Source: Candidatus Bathyarchaeota archaeon
Lineage (GTDB): Archaea > Thermoproteota > Bathyarchaeia > Bathyarchaeales > Bathycorpusculaceae
Direction: 5' to 3'
Length of the DNA: 64,000 nt
Assembly: GCA_963741295.1 (NCBI GenBank)
Contig: CAVUHI010000001.1
Location: 18,275-82,274 of the forward strand
The notes under the pieces were generated by a model. The model was not told where the DNA came from. It did no database searches and saw nothing but the letters and a program-made list of their open reading frames with translations. Position numbers and translations under genes: made by a program. Shown here one piece after another: positions 62,614-64,000 of this stretch. Each line of letters begins with the position of its first letter. Positions within the stretch are counted from its first letter, which is position 1.

Positions 62614-63024
62614 ATGAAAAAGCAAGTGTTCATTTCAGGTCCTATCATAGGCATGGAAAAACAGCAGAACTACCGAGAGGCAATCACCGAAGTCTGCGCC
62701 AAATTGGGTTTTGATGTTATTGACCCCTGGAAAAGAGAAAGGGTCATCTACAATGGAACCGAGGAATGCTGGTGGGATAAGGTTCCAGTCTTTGATTTTG
62801 TTCAACGTGACCTAGATGATGCTGACCGATGCGATATCATGGTGGTTTACTTGCCTATACTTTCGGCGGGTGCGTGCATGGAAATGTTCTACGCCAAACG
62901 CAAAGGCAAACACGTGATTGTGGTGTCGGAGCTGAAATGCCTCAGCCCCTGGATAGTTTTCCATTCAGATGCAATAGTAAAAAGTTTCAGCCAACTAGAA
63001 GAAGCGCTTAAAAAGTTTCTTTAA
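62614..63024 (+). CDS. nucleoside 2-deoxyribosyltransferase-like protein
   Basis: FISGP, RDLDDADRCD and SAGACMEMFYA. Confidence 0.85.
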   Translation: MKKQVFISGPIIGMEKQQNYREAITEVCAKLGFDVIDPWKRERVIYNGTEECWWDKVPVFDFVQRDLDDADRCDIMVVYLPILSAGACMEMFYAKRKGKHVIVVSELKCLSPWIVFHSDAIVKSFSQLEEALKKFL

Positions 63025-64000
63025 GCTTTGGTTGGCTTGAATTCTTCTCGGATTTTCATCTGCCGTCTCTTGCGGTTGTACCCAAGCGCAAAGTCGTGGG
63101 CTGCATCACGGATTTTTCTAATCAAGAGCATCATTTTGCTGTTCTTGTCAAAGTTCCTCGGTGCAGATTCGTCGGGCAAATAGATTTCTTCACGCTCTTT
63201 AGCTAAGCCGATGAGTGGAAGTTGAAGCCCAAGGGTTTGTAAGGAAGCTTTTGCGGCGCTGACTTGTCCTGGTCCGCCATCAATCAATATTAGGTCAGGC
63301 ATCGGAGTTTTCTCTTCACTTAACCGTTTATACCGCCTCAACACGACCTCGTGAACAGAGGCAAAATCATCTTGCCCCACAAAGGTTTTGATCTTGAATT
63401 TGCGGTAGTTTTTCTTGTCGGGCTTGGCGTCTTTGAAGCTGACCATACCTGAAACTACATGTTCGGTTCCCAAGTTGGATATGTCAAAGCACTCAATTAC
63501 ATGAGGCAGCACGGGGAGGTTGAGGTTATTCTGCAAATCAACCAAAGCGCTATCAACCTCTAAGCCTGATTCCAAGTTTTTCTCGGCCAACCGCACAAGC
63601 CCCAACTTATCGGCACGCCTTGGAATCGTTAGCGAAACTGGCGCAACCCGCTTAGCTGAAAGAAACTCTTCCAAAGCTTTTTTCTCCTCCACACCCTGCC
63701 AACAGGGCTTGTTTAGCAAGATTTCCCTGGGAATAGGGTTCGAGGTATAATATGCTTTCAAAAATTCTTGTTCAATTTGGGGCTGCACATCTACACTGAA
63801 TTCTTTCTTACCCAAAAGAACGCCTCTACGCATGCCCATCTGAACAGCCAACATTTTCTCGCCTACCTGTCTAAACACCAGTACGTCTTGATCGAAGCGG
63901 CGTTCTTTATCGACGATTTGATGTTCCGTGACGAGTCTTATGGAGAGGATTTGGTTGCGGAGTTCAAGTGCGGTCTCATATTGCAGAGCTTGGGAGGCGG
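63021..64000 (-). CDS. uvrC: excinuclease ABC subunit C, 5'-truncated by the window edge
   Basis: YETALELRNQI (UVR), IECFDISN, DDFAS, LIDGG.GQ and RDAAHDFA. Confidence 0.93.
   Translation of the reverse strand, partial: ASQALQYETALELRNQILSIRLVTEHQIVDKERRFDQDVLVFRQVGEKMLAVQMGMRRGVLLGKKEFSVDVQPQIEQEFLKAYYTSNPIPREILLNKPCWQGVEEKKALEEFLSAKRVAPVSLTIPRRADKLGLVRLAEKNLESGLEVDSALVDLQNNLNLPVLPHVIECFDISNLGTEHVVSGMVSFKDAKPDKKNYRKFKIKTFVGQDDFASVHEVVLRRYKRLSEEKTPMPDLILIDGGPGQVSAAKASLQTLGLQLPLIGLAKEREEIYLPDESAPRNFDKNSKMMLLIRKIRDAAHDFALGYNRKRRQMKIREEFKPTKA

Noticed and set aside
395..63750. Numerous antisense or overlapping ORFs in the track (e.g. 395..973, 9821..10258, 41924..42328, 63520..63750)
   Set aside because: Shadows of well-supported genes, with no recognisable motifs.

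Overview
Archaeal chromosomal segment, most consistent with a Bathyarchaeia-like (TACK) genome. The evidence is aIF1A, rpl35ae, dph5, CTP-dependent RibK, Mre11/Rad50, 7S SRP RNA, BRE/TATA promoters and GGTGA/GGAGG RBSs; the taxon is inferred from gene content. Core content: pckG, htpX, riboflavin/FAD genes, cobamide salvage (cobD, cbiB, cbiZ, btuFCD), a trpEGDCBA operon without trpF, a PAS/GAF kinase, uvrC, SRP RNA and tRNA-Lys(CTT). Many genes carry single frameshifts, probably partly assembly error. Most notable observations: (1) an ~8 kb element integrated at tRNA-Lys, bounded by a 21-bp att duplication (48609-48629 / 56590-56610). It holds a tandem array of paralogous surface-protein cassettes separated by pairs of a palindromic TT(C/T)GTCAA-N6-TTG(A/T)CT(A/G)(A/G) site that resembles a tyrosine-recombinase site. 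(2) A ~270-nt triple-hairpin non-coding element present twice (~1786-2047 and ~59691-59952), with one module inverted between copies; one copy abuts an IS110 recombinase. (3) An unannotated run of four tiny Cys-containing ORFs inside a highly structured transcript (29705-30154). (4) An aIF1A-centred AT-rich cluster of CxxC-x17-CxxC zinc-finger genes, a non-canonical LysW-like protein and an OB-fold protein, several with hairpin leaders.
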